Below the pieces are notes generated by a model. The model saw nothing but the letters and a program-made list of their open reading frames with translations. It did no database searches and was not told the DNA's origin. DNA of 63,641 bases, filler included, from Octopus bimaculoides (Eukaryota), in the NCBI RefSeq assembly GCF_001194135.2. It is 5 parts of 5 records of this genome, joined end to end, with 100 filler letters (N's around TTAATTAATTAA, not from the genome) between each part and the next. Parts side by side here need not be neighbours in the genome. Positions count along the whole stretch, not along the records: positions 1 to 20,602 come from NC_069000.1; 4 more parts are not named here. One strand, given 5' to 3'. Numbering within the stretch: position 1 is the stretch's first letter; the number at the start of each line of letters is the position of its first letter. Of the stretch, positions 1 to 13,069 are shown one piece after another. The translations under genes were made by a program, and so were the position numbers.

Positions 1-49
<49 letters not shown>
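1..49. repeat. (CA)n microsatellite
   Basis: Pure AC dinucleotide run. Confidence 0.97.
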
Positions 50-50
<1 letters not shown>

Positions 51-837
51 GTATATGGATACGCATGATTTGCATTGCAAAAGACTTTGCAAGAGTGTGC
101 GAGTTACCGAAATCAGTATCGAGTATCGACTGGAAAATTTCCGTGAATGAAGAGATGCGCTGCAATAGTAATCGTAAAAATAAATATTCCGCAGTTACTC
201 TGAGTGTATTTTGTTTTGTGCACTGTTTTGATTCGAGCAGTTTTGCAAATTTCTCCCATCCTATTTTTTCTCATGTAAATAAAGTGAAATTGCGTTCTTG
301 ATATCACGAGTTACTGAGTCACGCTGTATATATCAACAGTAACTCTCTTATGTGATAACTCTATTTTCGTTGGCGAAGACTTCACATGTCCACACTCTTT
401 CTTTTATGAACGTCTGAAGGACAGATATACCATTTCTTATACACTGTGTTTCAGTCTATAACGTGAATTAAGTTTGAAAAATTTCGTCATTCTAGCTGCA
501 TATGAATATGTGTCGGCGTGTGTATCTTGTTTCTATCTGTGTGTGCGTCAGTATGCGTGTTTTTCTATGTGGGTATGTGTGAGCGTATATGTGAATTTCT
601 GTGGTGTTTGTCTTTGTGTTGGTGCTATTGTCTCACGACTTGACTACCGGTGTTGGGCTGCTTACGTTCCTATAAGTTATTGCATTGAAATAAGTGTCAG
701 GTGGAAAGTAAGTTCTGAGGTAGATCAACTAACCTTTTCAAATAAAAGCAATAGATTATAAATAAAAAGAATACACACACACGCGCCCAAACGTTCACGG
801 TATTTCCAAGTCAAGTTATTTCCCTTAACTCATTTCT

Positions 838-858
838 CTATGTATATATGTATGCATG

Positions 859-892
<34 letters not shown>

Positions 893-1013
893 TGTATGTA
901 TGTATGCATGTGTATACTCACAAATAATTTCACGATTATGTGTGTGTGTGGGTGCTTGGGTGGATGCGTGTGTATGTATGTATTATCAGAGAGACAGATT
1001 GACAGACAGAGAA

Positions 1014-1056
<43 letters not shown>

Positions 1057-1057
1057 T

Positions 1058-1090
<33 letters not shown>

Positions 1091-1140
1091 GAAAAAGGCA
1101 GAAAGAAAGAAAAAAGAAAGAAAGAAAGAATGAAAGAAAG
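838..1140. repeat. Compound SSR (ATGT)n/(GA)n/(GACA)n/(GAAA)n
   Basis: Directly visible; representative of dozens of similar SSR blocks in the window. Confidence 0.95.
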
Positions 1141-1503
1141 ACACGGATAAGTAAGACAGAGTATAAAAATATTGATATAACGAAACTAAAACAATACTCT
1201 GCGCACCTTGAAGGATGTGCAACGGCAGAGGATATAGAATATCATATACACAAACATGCATACATACATACATACACACACATACATACACACACACACA
1301 TATATNNNNNNNNNNNNNNNNNNNNNNNNNNNNNNNNNNNNNNNNNNNNNNNNNNNNNNNNNNNNNNNNNNNNNNNNNNNNNNNNNNNNNNNNNNNNNNN
1401 NNNNNNNNNNNNNNNNNNNNNNNNNNNNNNNNNNNNNNNNNNNNNNNNNNNNNNNNNNNNNNNNNNNNNNNNNNNNNNNNNNNNNNNNNNNNNNNNNNNN
1501 NNN

Positions 1504-1552
<49 letters not shown>

Positions 1553-1942
1553 GCATGTATATATGTGTATTTATGTATATATGTATATATATGTATATAT
1601 ATGCATACAGACAGGCAGGCAGGCAAACCACACACACATGCACAAGTACGCAATTATAAAAGTGCAGACACATATATATAGTGACGTACAATTGCACACC
1701 TAACAAGATGCAATGGCAACAGTTATGAAAATAAAAGGCCAGACAGCTTTAGTAGTACACACAAAAGCATAAACACATGTACGTATTGAATGTTCCTTCA
1801 TTGAAAATTTATTGTATTTTTTTGTACAGTTATCAATAAAGCATACATATCCTCACGGTGGTGCACCAGCATGACCGCAGCCACTTGGCTGAAACACATA
1901 AATAAAAATAAATAAATATCACTATACCTACATACATATATG

Positions 1943-1993
<51 letters not shown>

Positions 1994-2602
1994 ATATATA
2001 TATATATATATATATATTGCGTTTTTGTTCCANNNNNNNNNNNNNNNNNNNNNNNNNNNNNNNNNNNNNNNNNNNNNNNNNNNNNNNNNNNNNNNNNNNN
2101 NNNNNNNNNNNNNNNNNNNNNNNNNNNNNNNNNNNNNNNNNNNNNNNNNNNNNNNNNNNNNNNNNNNNNNNNNNNNNNNNNNNNNNNNNNNNNNNNNNNN
2201 NNNNNNNNNNNNNNNNNNNNNNNNNNNNNNNNNNNNNNNNNNNNNNNNNNNNNNNNNNNNNNNNNNNNNNNNNNNNNNNNNNNNNNNNNNNNNNNNNNNN
2301 NNNNNNNNNNNNNNNNNNNNNNNNNNNNNNNNNNNNNNNNNNNNNNNNNNNNNNNNNNNNNNNNNNNNNNNNNNNNNNNNNNNNNNNNNNNNNNNNNNNN
2401 NNNNNNNNNNNNNNNNNNNNNNNNNNNNNNNNNNNNNNNNNNNNNNNNNNNNNNNNNNNNNNNNNNNNNNNNNNNNNNNNNNNNNNNNNNNNNNNNNNNN
2501 NNNNNNNNNNNNNNNNNNNNNNNNNNNNNNNNNNNNNNNNNNNNNNNNTATATATACATGTGTGTGTGTGTGGTGTGTGTGTGCGTGTGTGTGTATGTGT
2601 GT

Positions 2603-2916
2603 GGAGGCACATGGCCTAGTGGTTAGAGTAGCGGACTCGCAGTCAAGAGATCGCGGGTTCGAATCTCAGACCGGGTGATATATGTGTTTATGAGCGAGAC
2701 ACCTAAGCTCCATGCAGCTCCGGCAGAAGGTAATGGAGAACTTCTGCTGACTCTTCCGCCACAACTTTCTCTCACTCTTTCTTCCTGCATCTAGCAGCTC
2801 ATCTGCGACGGACCGGCATCCCGTCCAGGTGGGGAACCCAAACGCCAATGAAACCGGGAGACCGGCCCTTATGAACCAGGTATGGCTTGAGAAGGAACAA
2901 GCAACAACAACAACAA
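2603..2916 (+). mobile_element. Full-length tRNA-derived SINE (CORE/V-like body, (AAC)n tail)
   Basis: Pol III A box TGGCCTAGTGG and B box GGTTCGAATCT in a tRNA-like head; body contains CTGCGACGGACCGGCATCCCGTCCAGG; ends GAAGGAAC-(AAC)n. Confidence 0.85.
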
Positions 2917-2922
2917 TATATA

Positions 2923-2966
<44 letters not shown>

Positions 2967-3272
2967 AGTAAAAATAAATACAAAAAAAGGTGGATTTTTT
3001 TGTATGATTGTGTATAGAGGAATATATTATTTTGCTTAAAAGAGTTCCAACACTGTCTGTTTTTTATGTTTTATTTATATTCCTGCAGAACTAATGTGGG
3101 GTATAGAATATGGAATATACAATATATAATATAATATACAATATATAATATAAAATAAAATAAAAATGGATGGCACCATGAAATAAAGTATTGAATGTAG
3201 ATGAAATATTGAGTGTTCAATATAAAGGATCAAATATATAAATATATAAATATAAATATATATATATATAAA

Positions 3273-3312
3273 GGCGACTCGAGTTTCAGGGCGATTTCCC
3301 TTCGTCATGGCC
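3273..3312 (-). ncRNA. Minimal type I hammerhead ribozyme motif with a 1-nt insertion in the core
   Basis: Minus strand reads GGC-C[A]UGACGA-AGGG aaaucg CCCU-GAAA-CUCGAG-UC-GCC: stem I 3 bp, stem II 4 bp, palindromic stem III ACUCGAGU, GUC triplet. Confidence 0.7.
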
Positions 3313-4844
3313 GGTATGACAGTCTTTGAATGGTTACACATGCATATATAAATTAAAATATCATATGAAGTCTGTTCAATAAACATGTACTTAGTTTTAG
3401 TGAGAAAATATAGCCCGTTCAGAAAACCTTCAGGGGTTGAGACCGTCCAGCTCGTTCCTCTTTTTCATACGCTTGTACAGGTATGCATTCTTTATCCCTC
3501 TGTCTGTTTCCCCTTCTCTGTCTCTTTCTATGTGTTTGTCTATCTGTCTGTTCATCCGTCTGTATGCCTGTCTGTCTATCTGTCTCTCTCTCTCTCTCTC
3601 TCGCGCGCGCACACACATATACAGTGCTAGACCTAACAACTGGTCAACTTGTCAGCTGGTGAACAACATTCTTAGATATACAAACAACGTAATCTCTGTG
3701 TGGTTATTCGATCTACCTGAAATGTCAACCAAACCGCATTCAGACCATACTCCACTTTTCGAAAGTACTTATTAGTTAATGTATTTCAGGTTACATTCTT
3801 CATGAAACGAAAAGACGGCATGATTATGGCTTGAGTGCATTTGATCAGAGTCTGTTCGGTCAGTGTTAACATGAGATAAAACATTAACAATACTATTTGA
3901 GAAAACGAAACGGAAACCCACAATAGAATAAATGACATTAAATTGTGCTAAACATTATTGTAGTGAGGTTGTAAAAATGTTTAATGAGAAACCACAATGT
4001 ATACAGAAACAGAACACAGAAAAACAAAACCAGATAAAATTCATCCGGTTCAACGTATTCATTAATGTGAACGAAGCAGCTAACACACCTAGAAACATCA
4101 TAGTGTTGATAAAAAGGCACTTTCCCCACCAACCACAAATTCCACCAGCGGTTTTACAAACACGCAGTAAAAATGAATCACGCTCAGTGAAAATATCGCA
4201 TCACTGATAACAACCGTAAGAATTAGTGGAAGGAATTACATTAATGCAACTTTAGAAACACTAATTACCCAATGAAGGTCCTTGTGCATTGTGCCACGGT
4301 GTCATTCATAGATGTGAAGAACTCTTCTCTATTTACAGATACTACGTTGAATCACCTGGCATCTCCACCCCAACTTTCTTCAGAGTCAACAAAAAAGAAT
4401 TTTTATGTCAATATCCAAATACATTTCGAAGTAAAAAGTGAAGGGAATTTAAAGCGCAGTAACCTGTTATGTGGCAGAGGAAACTGCACCTCACTAGGCA
4501 AACATATGTAAAGATATTTGTTCTGTCAGGTCGTGAAATTCTTTTAAAAGATGATTATGAAGTTTATTGAGATATTGAACAAGTGATGTGATTTGATGTT
4601 AAAGTGTAAAAAATAAGAGAAGACCTGCTCTAAATTTATTTACAATGATGTCCAGAATAATACACGAGGTGTTACAAACCCGATACTACTATATCCATCT
4701 CGGTCAAAATTATAATCGTAATTTCCATCAAGCTGAGACAGTGACTGCCATCTGACGCCCTGACATCTAAGACAAAAACAGGATAGAATCCTACATGCAG
4801 CAAGAAATTCAGTTACAAAATGTAGATAGCTTTCTTTTATCCTT

Positions 4845-5050
4845 TTGTCTCTTACTTGCAGCATTTGGACTGCAGCCATATTAAGGCATTGCCTTGAAGG
4901 GTTTAATCGAACAAATTGACCCCAGTATTTATTTTTGAAGTCTGGAACATATTCTATCATTTTCTTTGGCCAAATCGCTAACTTTTGGCGATGTAAACAG
5001 ATCAACACCGATTGTCAATCAGTGTGGGGGAGCGGAGAGGACAAACACAA
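4845..5050 (-). mobile_element. SINE family A, diverged 3' half
   Basis: Resembles the 3' half of the complete copy at 23289-23684. Confidence 0.75.
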
Positions 5051-5067
5051 ACACACACACACACACA

Positions 5068-5133
5068 TACGATCGGATGCTGAAAAGTTCCTGGTTTTAA
5101 GGGTTTCGCGAAAGTCCTGGTTGGAGGCTCAAC
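5068..5133 (+). mobile_element. Mariner-derived MITE, 5' fragment
   Basis: TA-CGATCGGATGCTGAAAAGTTCCTGG matches the ends of the copies at 33930-34075 and 34603-34757. Confidence 0.7.
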
Positions 5134-5176
5134 ATTTATACATGCAATACCTCCAATCATTCTATGTAGTAGTACA

Positions 5177-6070
5177 CCATATTTTTTGGGTCCCTTCTTG
5201 GTTTTATTTAGATTATATTTTGTTATTTGTTCTAAATTGCTATTATTATATATCCCCATATTTTTGGTTTTATTTAAATTATATTTTGTTATTTGTTCTA
5301 AATTGCTATTATTATATATCCCCATATTTTTGGTTTTATTTAAATTATATTTTGTTATTTGTTCTAAATTGCTATTATTATATATCNNNNNNNNNNNNNN
5401 NNNNNNNNNNNNNNNNNNNNNNNNNNNNNNNNNNNNNNNNNNNNNNNNNNNNNNNNNNNNNNNNNNNNNNNNNNNNNNNNNNNNNNNNNNNNNNNNNNNN
5501 NNNNNNNNNNNNNNNNNNNNNNNNNNNNNNNNNNNNNNNNNNNNNNNNNNNNNNNNNNNNNNNNNNNNNNNNNNNNNNNNNNNNNNNNNNNNNNNNNNNN
5601 NNNNNNNNNNNNNNNNNNNNNNNNNNNNNNNNNNNNNNNNNNNNNNNNNNNNNNNNNNNNNNNNNNNNNNNNNNNNNNNNNNNNNNNNNNNNNNNNNNNN
5701 NNNNNNNNNNNNNNNNNNNNNNNNNNNNNNNNNNNNNNNNNNNNNNNNNNNNNNNNNNNNNNNNNNNNNNNNNNNNNNNNNNNNNNNNNNNNNNNNNNNN
5801 NNNNNNNNNNNNNNNNNNNNNNNNNNNNNNNNNNNNNNNNNNNNNNNNNNNNNNNNNNNNNNNNNNNNNNNNNNNNNNNNNNNNNNNNNNNNNNNNNTTA
5901 TTTAAATTATATTTTGTTATTTGTTCTAAATTGCTATTATTATATATCCCCATATTTTTGGTTTTATTTAAATTATATTTTGTTATTTGTTCTAAATTGC
6001 TATTATTATATATCCCCATATTTTTGGTTTTATTTAAATTATATTTTGTTATTTGTTCTAAATTGCTATT
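5177..6070. repeat. 66-bp AT-rich minisatellite spanning a gap
   Basis: Unit CCCCATATTTTTGGTTTTATTTAAATTATATTTTGTTATTTGTTCTAAATTGCTATTATTATATAT; about 3 copies on each side of the 510-N gap. Confidence 0.95.
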
Positions 6071-6898
6071 ATTATATATCATTATAATGTCTCGTTTCAT
6101 GCAATGTTTAATTCATACACCTCGGACAATATCATACTGATGATTTCCAAATAGAATGCAATAGTGCCACACACTTTACTACTGACTCGAAATTTTAAGA
6201 ACTTCATAATAAGTTAGCAGCAAAAATATTAAATATGTGTCTCCTGTGCACCTTTTCTCATATTTCTTAATTTCAAACTGAACTTCTAATCGCACCAAAT
6301 ATTATGATAGAATGGTTATTTCCTCTGTATAAACCGTCTGCTGGAGAACGCTACATGTTACTGTCTATTCTTTTGTTGATCACTCTTCTACTCCATGTAA
6401 ATCTCTCACTGCTTCTTGTTTGTTATTTTCTTCTGTATTTCAACTTGGCACTATCCCCAACTTACGGGACTCTTGTGACCAGTAACAGAATTCATTGTTT
6501 ATCTACGAATATACTACTAAGCCGGAGAATAAGAATAAGAACAGAAATAGCAATGAAGATAATACCAAAAATAAAAGCATCAAGGAAAACAAGAAAAAAT
6601 AACTAGCATGCAAAAACGAAAAATAACAAAGAGAACAAAATAGAAATTGAATACAAAAAGAAAGAAAAACTAACTAGTATATAAATGTATATATATANNN
6701 NNNNNNNNNNNNNNNNNNNNNNNNNNNNNNNNNNNNNNNNNNNNNNNNNNNNNNNNNNNNNNNNNNNNNNNNNNNNNNNNNNNNNNNNNNNNNNNNNNNN
6801 NNNTATATGCGCGCGTATTCTGATATTTACATAGCTTTTATAAACATCACGATCATTACGTTGTTTAAATATTCCAGTAGCAAGGGTAAAAACTGGGA

Positions 6899-6950
<52 letters not shown>

Positions 6951-6996
6951 TGCAGCAGCAGCAGTAGTAGTAGTGGTGGTGGTGGTAGTGGTGGTG

Positions 6997-7032
<36 letters not shown>

Positions 7033-7045
7033 GCGGTGGCTGTGG
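6899..7045. repeat. (AGT)n/(GGT)n/(AGC)n trinucleotide SSR
   Basis: Directly visible. Confidence 0.95.
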
Positions 7046-7185
7046 TTGTAGCGGCGTGTCTGTGAGGTGTTGTAGGAGAAAGACCAAGAAGATGGGGATC
7101 CCATTAAAATGTTAATATTAGTATTAATAAACATAATTTTATAAAACGGCTATATTAATTTGTAATATAGTCACACCACGACCAC

Positions 7186-7380
7186 GGCAAGCTGGCAGAA
7201 TAGTTAGCACCCCCAGGTAAAACGCAGAGCAGCATTTCTTTTGTCTTTAGGTTCTGAGTTCAAATGTCGCTGGGGTCGACTTTACTTTTTATCCTTTCGG
7301 GGTCGATAAAGTAAGTACCAGATGTAATCGACTTGCCCACTCACCTAAAACTACTGACCTTGTGTCAAAATTTGAAATCA
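7186..7380 (+). mobile_element. SINE family B (Nin-domain-like)
   Basis: Head GGCAAGCTGGCAGAA..GTTCTGAGTTCAAA and core GGTCGACTTT..TCCTTTCGGGGTCGATAAA..AAGTACCAG; many copies in the window. The Nin assignment is from recall of the consensus. Confidence 0.85.
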
Positions 7381-8729
7381 ATATTCTGTAATTTTGTGGT
7401 TCTTTGTATTTTGATTCTGTCTGATTGACGTTTCGTCTGAATCACCAACATGCATTTCATAGTGTTCTACTGAATCTTTGTTGGTCTTTAGAACGTGGTT
7501 AGTGTTGAGCTCAGGATCATAAGTACCAGCAGGCTATTTGTGGAGCCCCATCTCCCCCCCCCCCCNNNNNNNNNNNNNNNNNNNNNNNNNNNNNAGCCGT
7601 TACATCCACGATATTCAGCTGGGTCAAGAGTATCAAAATTCGAAAGGGCATTTATGTCGGCTCGCGACTAAAACAATTGGAAAAAGCGTGATACAAGCTG
7701 TCTGGTCACGCCGCCTTCCGAGTGACAACTAAGCGTTATGTGTGTGAGTGTATGCGCATGGGTGTATGTGTGTGTGTGTTGTATTAAAGATACGATTGCA
7801 TTCGATAATGACTATTTTTATTATTAATTTTTCACAACTTCTAATCATTTTACTTTGAAACAATAGTATTTCTAAGTTCATTAACTCCTTGAGATCGTTC
7901 TAAGTAACGTCCTTTCAATGAAATGGTATTTGGATTATCGCGATATTCTTTTGCTTTGTAATAGGTGAAAAGGTCAAGGGAATACTTTTATAACTTTTAT
8001 TAATGCTGGATTTTAAATTATTCAGCGGTTAATTCCCGGTAGATTTCTTGGTTTGCTTTCCATTTGATGTATCTCTGTGTTCATTGTTTTGTTTTTATTT
8101 TGATATCACTAAAACTTCTATAATGCATCTCCCCTTTTTTGTGGAGATATGATTAAAATAACCTAATTTTATTTCGAATACTGGCTTATAATGAGCTGTA
8201 TTGATTCCTTGCTGTGACTGCATGGTCAATTGACAAGAAAAGTAGGCATACTTTTGTGTTCGATGTAACAGTTTCAGTCGTGAAATTGACTACATTCGTT
8301 TTACTTCCGTCTTGCATATCTATATATTGCATTGGTTGTCCGAAATACACTCTGTGACCTAAAGGATTGTGACTTCATGATTATGAAGTTTTCCATTCTG
8401 TTCTTTTGTAATATAACTTAGCCATGAGTCGATGGTTAGATGTGAAGCATGTTGCGTGGTTTCATGAGCATTTTAGAGTACATATTCACCCGTTCTGTAA
8501 CACAGGTACATTTGATTCATGTAGTACACAACGTGTGTATGTGCGTGTGTTCGTATGTGAGTGTGTATGTGTGCATGTATGTATATGTATGTACGTGTGT
8601 GTGTATGTATGCACGTGTGTATGTGCATGTGTGAGTATGCGCGTACGTGTGTATGTTGGATAATACTATGAATGAAAATATGAAACCGTCACGACTCGTA
8701 TACATTTGCTTATATATCTCTTCGTACAG

Positions 8730-8796
8730 AGCTGACCTAAGGGCCAGACAACAACAACGACTAGTAGATGACCGAAATGATAAAGCTGTCATATCG
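8730..8796 (+). CDS. Possible 67-nt internal exon (unverified)
   Basis: Acceptor ATCTCTTCGTACAG, donor CG|GTAACA, only one open frame (ADLRARQQQRLVDDRNDKAVIS); also resembles a repeat tail. Confidence 0.18.
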
Positions 8797-10022
8797 GTAA
8801 CATTCTGACAAGACTAAATCCTCTAAGAACCGTTAACTTGCCGTATTCCTAATTTGGTATTGATTGCAAAAGTAATGGCATCAGTGGGGAGCGTTGACGG
8901 TGGGTAGTGTTGCTAGAGTAACGTGGATGAGAGCGCTGTTGGTGTTGGTGTTGCTATTGTAGTTGTTGTTGTTGGTGGTGGTGCTGGTGGTGGTGCTGGT
9001 GGTGGTGCTGGTGGTGGTGGAGATAGTGTTGGTTGTGATGGTGGTCTATAATATGACAACCTCTTTAAATGGAATTCAATTTGTACCTACATCCTTCCTT
9101 CTGCCATAATTACCCCCANNNNNNNNNNNNNNNNNNNNNNNNNNNNNNNNNNNNNNNNNNNNNNNNNNNNNNNNNNNNNNNNNNNNNNNNNNNNNNNNNN
9201 NNNNNNNNNNNNNNNNNNNNNNNNNNNNNNNNNNNNNNNNNNNNNNNNNNNNNNNNNNNNNNNNNNNNNNNNNNNNNNNNNNNNNNNNNNNNNNNNNNNN
9301 NNNNNNNNNNNNNNNNNNNNNNNNNNNNNNNNNNNNNNNNNNNNNNNNNNNNNNNNNNNNNNNNNNNNNNNNNNNNNNNNNNNNNNNNNNNNNNNNNNNN
9401 NNNNNNNNNNNNNNNNNNNNNNNNNNNNNNNNNNNNNNNNNNNNNNNNNNNNNNNNNNNNNNNNNNNNNNNNNNNNNNNNNNNNNNNNNNNNNNNNNNNN
9501 NNNNNNNNNNNNNNNNNNNNNNNNNNNNNNNNNNNNNNNNNNNNNNNNNNNNNNNNNNNNNNNNNNNNNNNNNNNNNNNNNNNNNNNNNNNNNNNNNNNN
9601 NNNNNNNNNNNNNNNNNNNNNNNNNNNNNNNNNNNNNNNNNNNNNNNNNNNNNNNNNNNNNNNNNNNNNNNNNNNNNNNNNNNNNNNNNNNNNNNNNNNN
9701 NNNNNNNNNNNNNNNNNNNNNNNNNNNNNNNNNNNNNNNNNNNNNNNNNNNNNNNNNNNNNNNNNNNNNNNNNNNNNNNNNNNNNNNNNNNNNNNNNNNN
9801 NNNNNNNNNNNNNNNNNNNNNNNNNNNNNNNNNNNNNNNNNNNNNNNNNNNNNNNNNNNNNNNNNNNNNNNNNNNNNNNNNNNNNNNNNNNNNNNNNNNN
9901 NNNNNNNNNNNNNNNNNNNNNNNNNNNNNNNNNNNNNNNNNNNNNNNNNNNNNNNNNNNNNNNNNNNNNNNNNNNNNNNNNNNNNNNNNNNNNNNNNNNN
10001 NNNNNNNNNNNNNNNNNNNNNN

Positions 10023-10059
<37 letters not shown>

Positions 10060-10148
10060 GTTTTTTACTGTGTATTTGTTTAGGCATATGCATTTCTTGG
10101 TGTGGATATATAACTGAATGTGTGTGGAAGAGAGAGAGAGAGGGGGAC

Positions 10149-10189
<41 letters not shown>

Positions 10190-10676
10190 GAGGAAGACAG
10201 AGAGAGAGAGAGACAGACAGAAATAAAACAAGAGAAAGCGAGTATGTATTTGTGTGAGTGTTTTATAAGTGTTATGCGAGTGCATATTTATGTATGTAGT
10301 TCTGTCTTCTTTGTTGTGTGTCTATGTGAAGAAGTATGTGTGTGTATGTGTGTGTGTATCTGTGTGAGTGTGTGTGTATGTGTGTGTGTATGTGTGTGTG
10401 TGTACTTGTGTGTGTGTGTGTGTACTTGTGAGTGTGTGTGTGTACTTGTGTGTGTGTGTGTGTACTTGCGCGTGTTTGCATACGTACATATTTATTCAAT
10501 GTATTTATTCTACCTTGATTGTATAAGTACCTCTATATGTGTGTATGTGTTTCTAGCCATACGTCTGTACATTTGTGTAGGAACGTGTTTGTTTCAGTGC
10601 GTATGTGTGTTTTCATGAGTAAGTAAAAACGTAGACAACAGAGAAAAATAGAGAATGTAAAAATAGAGGAAGAAAT

Positions 10677-10711
<35 letters not shown>

Positions 10712-11225
10712 NNNNNNNNNNNNNNNNNNNNNNNNNNNNNNNNNNNNNNNNNNNNNNNNNNNNNNNNNNNNNNNNNNNNNNNNNNNNNNNNNNNNNNNNN
10801 NNNNNNNNNNNNNNNNNNNNNNNNNNNNNNNNNNNNNNNNNNNNNNNNNNNNNNNNNNNNNNNNNNNNNNNNNNNNNNNNNNNNNNNNNNNNNNNNNNNN
10901 NNNNNNNNNNNNNNNNNNNNNNNNNNNNNNNNNNNNNNNNNNNNNNNNNNNNNNNNNNNNNNNNNNNNNNNNNNNNNNNNNNNNNNNNNNNNNNNNNNNN
11001 NNNNNNNNNNNNNNNNNNNNNNNNNNNNNNNNNNNNNNNNNNNNNNNNNNNNNNNNNNNNNNNNNNNNNNNNNNNNNNNNNNNNNNNNNNNNNNNNNNNN
11101 NNNNNNNNNNNNNNNNNNNNNNNNNNNNNNNNNNNNNNNNNNNNNNNNNNNNNNNNNNNNNNNNNNNNNNNNNNNNNNNNNNNNNNNNNNNNNNNNNNNN
11201 NNNNNNNNNNNNNNNNNNNNNNNNN

Positions 11226-11261
<36 letters not shown>

Positions 11262-12243
11262 ACAAACCCACACACACACACACACACACACTCACACACA
11301 AACACACACACACACATGTGGGTGGGAAGGGTGTTGTTTGCTTGTAGATCGTAATTTTAGAAGTGGCAACAAATACGAAAATAAACCAATACTTCTAAAA
11401 TAACGATCTAAATTTAAACAACCGCTCTTTCTTGCTCTTATGATTAAAGCGTCCAGTTTGGACGGTTGAAAGCTGGAGAGTCGCTGCGGGGAAATGGTAT
11501 CATCACTGTCCGGGTTACAATAGATTCATGGCTTGACTCCCGTGGATCACCGCCCGTGTCTTTTCTTTTATCCAAACGTTTTTCTCGACCAAACAATGCT
11601 TTACAAGCTATTCTTTTATAGTTACTTTTGCATTCAAGATACTTCGTAAGACGTTCATAACATGTGAGACACAGGACATGTATCAAATATGATACATATA
11701 CCTATATTTTTTCAAGCAAAAGGGCTAACTAAAAGTCCGAAAACAACCGTGGACGTTTACGACGAGAGAATTAAAAAGTGCATGCCTTATGTGCTTCTTT
11801 TAAAGTACAATAACACACATCTTTTAAGATTTTCATTGTTTCACTTATTTGTAATGAGAATGGAAAACGTAGGGCGAGTAGGTGTATTCATAAACTACAC
11901 TGGACACCTATCTTGCAGTTTTTTGCCAACAAAAAACGAGAGCTATGACATTCATCCCTCTTCTAAAGGTGCATTATGAGTCGTTTGAAAAGGCTTTACT
12001 CACATATTTCATGATGTTTGCAAATGTCTTGAGGGTAGCAATATTTATATGATTATTATTGTACGAGCTTTCGTTTTAGAATAACTACAATTAAGTATAG
12101 CTTCATTGCTATTTTTGGAGATATGTTGATAGCGGCCGGCTAAACCTTTTTCATGTTATTATAGTTAATAATAATTAATCCAGTTCGAGTAGAACTACGA
12201 TCAAAGTCATTATAACTGCAGCCCTCTTGTCTTTCTTTTTATT

Positions 12244-12367
12244 TTCTACTTGTTTCAGTCATTAGACTGCAGCCATGTCGGGGACTGTCTTGAAAAATTT
12301 TAGTCGAACAAATCGACTTCAGTACTTATATTTTTAAGCCTGCTACATATTCTATCGGTTTCATATG

Positions 12368-12401
<34 letters not shown>

Positions 12402-12512
12402 GGAGTTCTTTCAGTTTCCGCCCACCAAATCCACTCACACGGCTTTGGTCGACCCGAGGTTATAGTAGAAAACATTTGCTCAATGAGCCACGCCGTGGGA
12501 CTGAATCCGGAA
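12244..12512 (-). mobile_element. SINE family A, internally deleted
   Basis: Contains both the tail hairpin CAGTC TAAT GACTG and the 5' tRNA-like part; CpGs retained. Confidence 0.85.
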
Positions 12513-13069
12513 TGCCAATTAGCTCTAGATCAAACCTAGACATTAGTAACCTATCAAAAGTTACATTATTACACATATTCTTCCCATTCTGCGAACGTGC
12601 GTAGATTTGGTTGCTATTTCTCCACGGTCAAACGCCTGAGAACAGGTTTCTCCATTGTACATATCACTCCAATTCATGCTAAATATGTAACAATGTTTTT
12701 AGCAAGTGCCGTGTGGGCAAGTGTTTTCACACTTTACATTGGCTATCTTAAATATAGATTTTTTTTCTTCTTTTTGCTTGAACAAACTATTAGGTGTATT
12801 TGCTTTTCTTCCCTCTCTTCGTTTCTTATTTTTAACTGCAATACGATATTTGTGTTGTTGTTTTTGTTACCGTTGTTATTTGTAATATCGGTTGGAACTA
12901 AGTCTGTTTTATCTTCCATTACATGAAAAGAAAACCATTGAATTTTGAATTGAATTTTTACGGTATGTAAATCAAATAGGATTTATTCTGAGGCTTAATA
13001 TAAATAATCTTAATAAAATACCCTTTAAAATGCTTTCATCAATTTATTATCGTTGTTCATCTGATTTTT

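Noticed and set aside
308-357. GAGTTACTG/CAGTAACTC hairpin as a pre-miRNA
   Set aside because: Only 9 contiguous pairs plus a bulged 6; too short and plausible by chance.
4640-4790. Cadherin-like VRASDG after a minus-strand acceptor
   Set aside because: No DxNDxxPxF motif follows and a stop appears within 30 codons.
7420-7475. Hammerhead-like CGAAACGTC on the minus strand
   Set aside because: The core lacks G5 and stems I and II do not pair; at best a very old relic.
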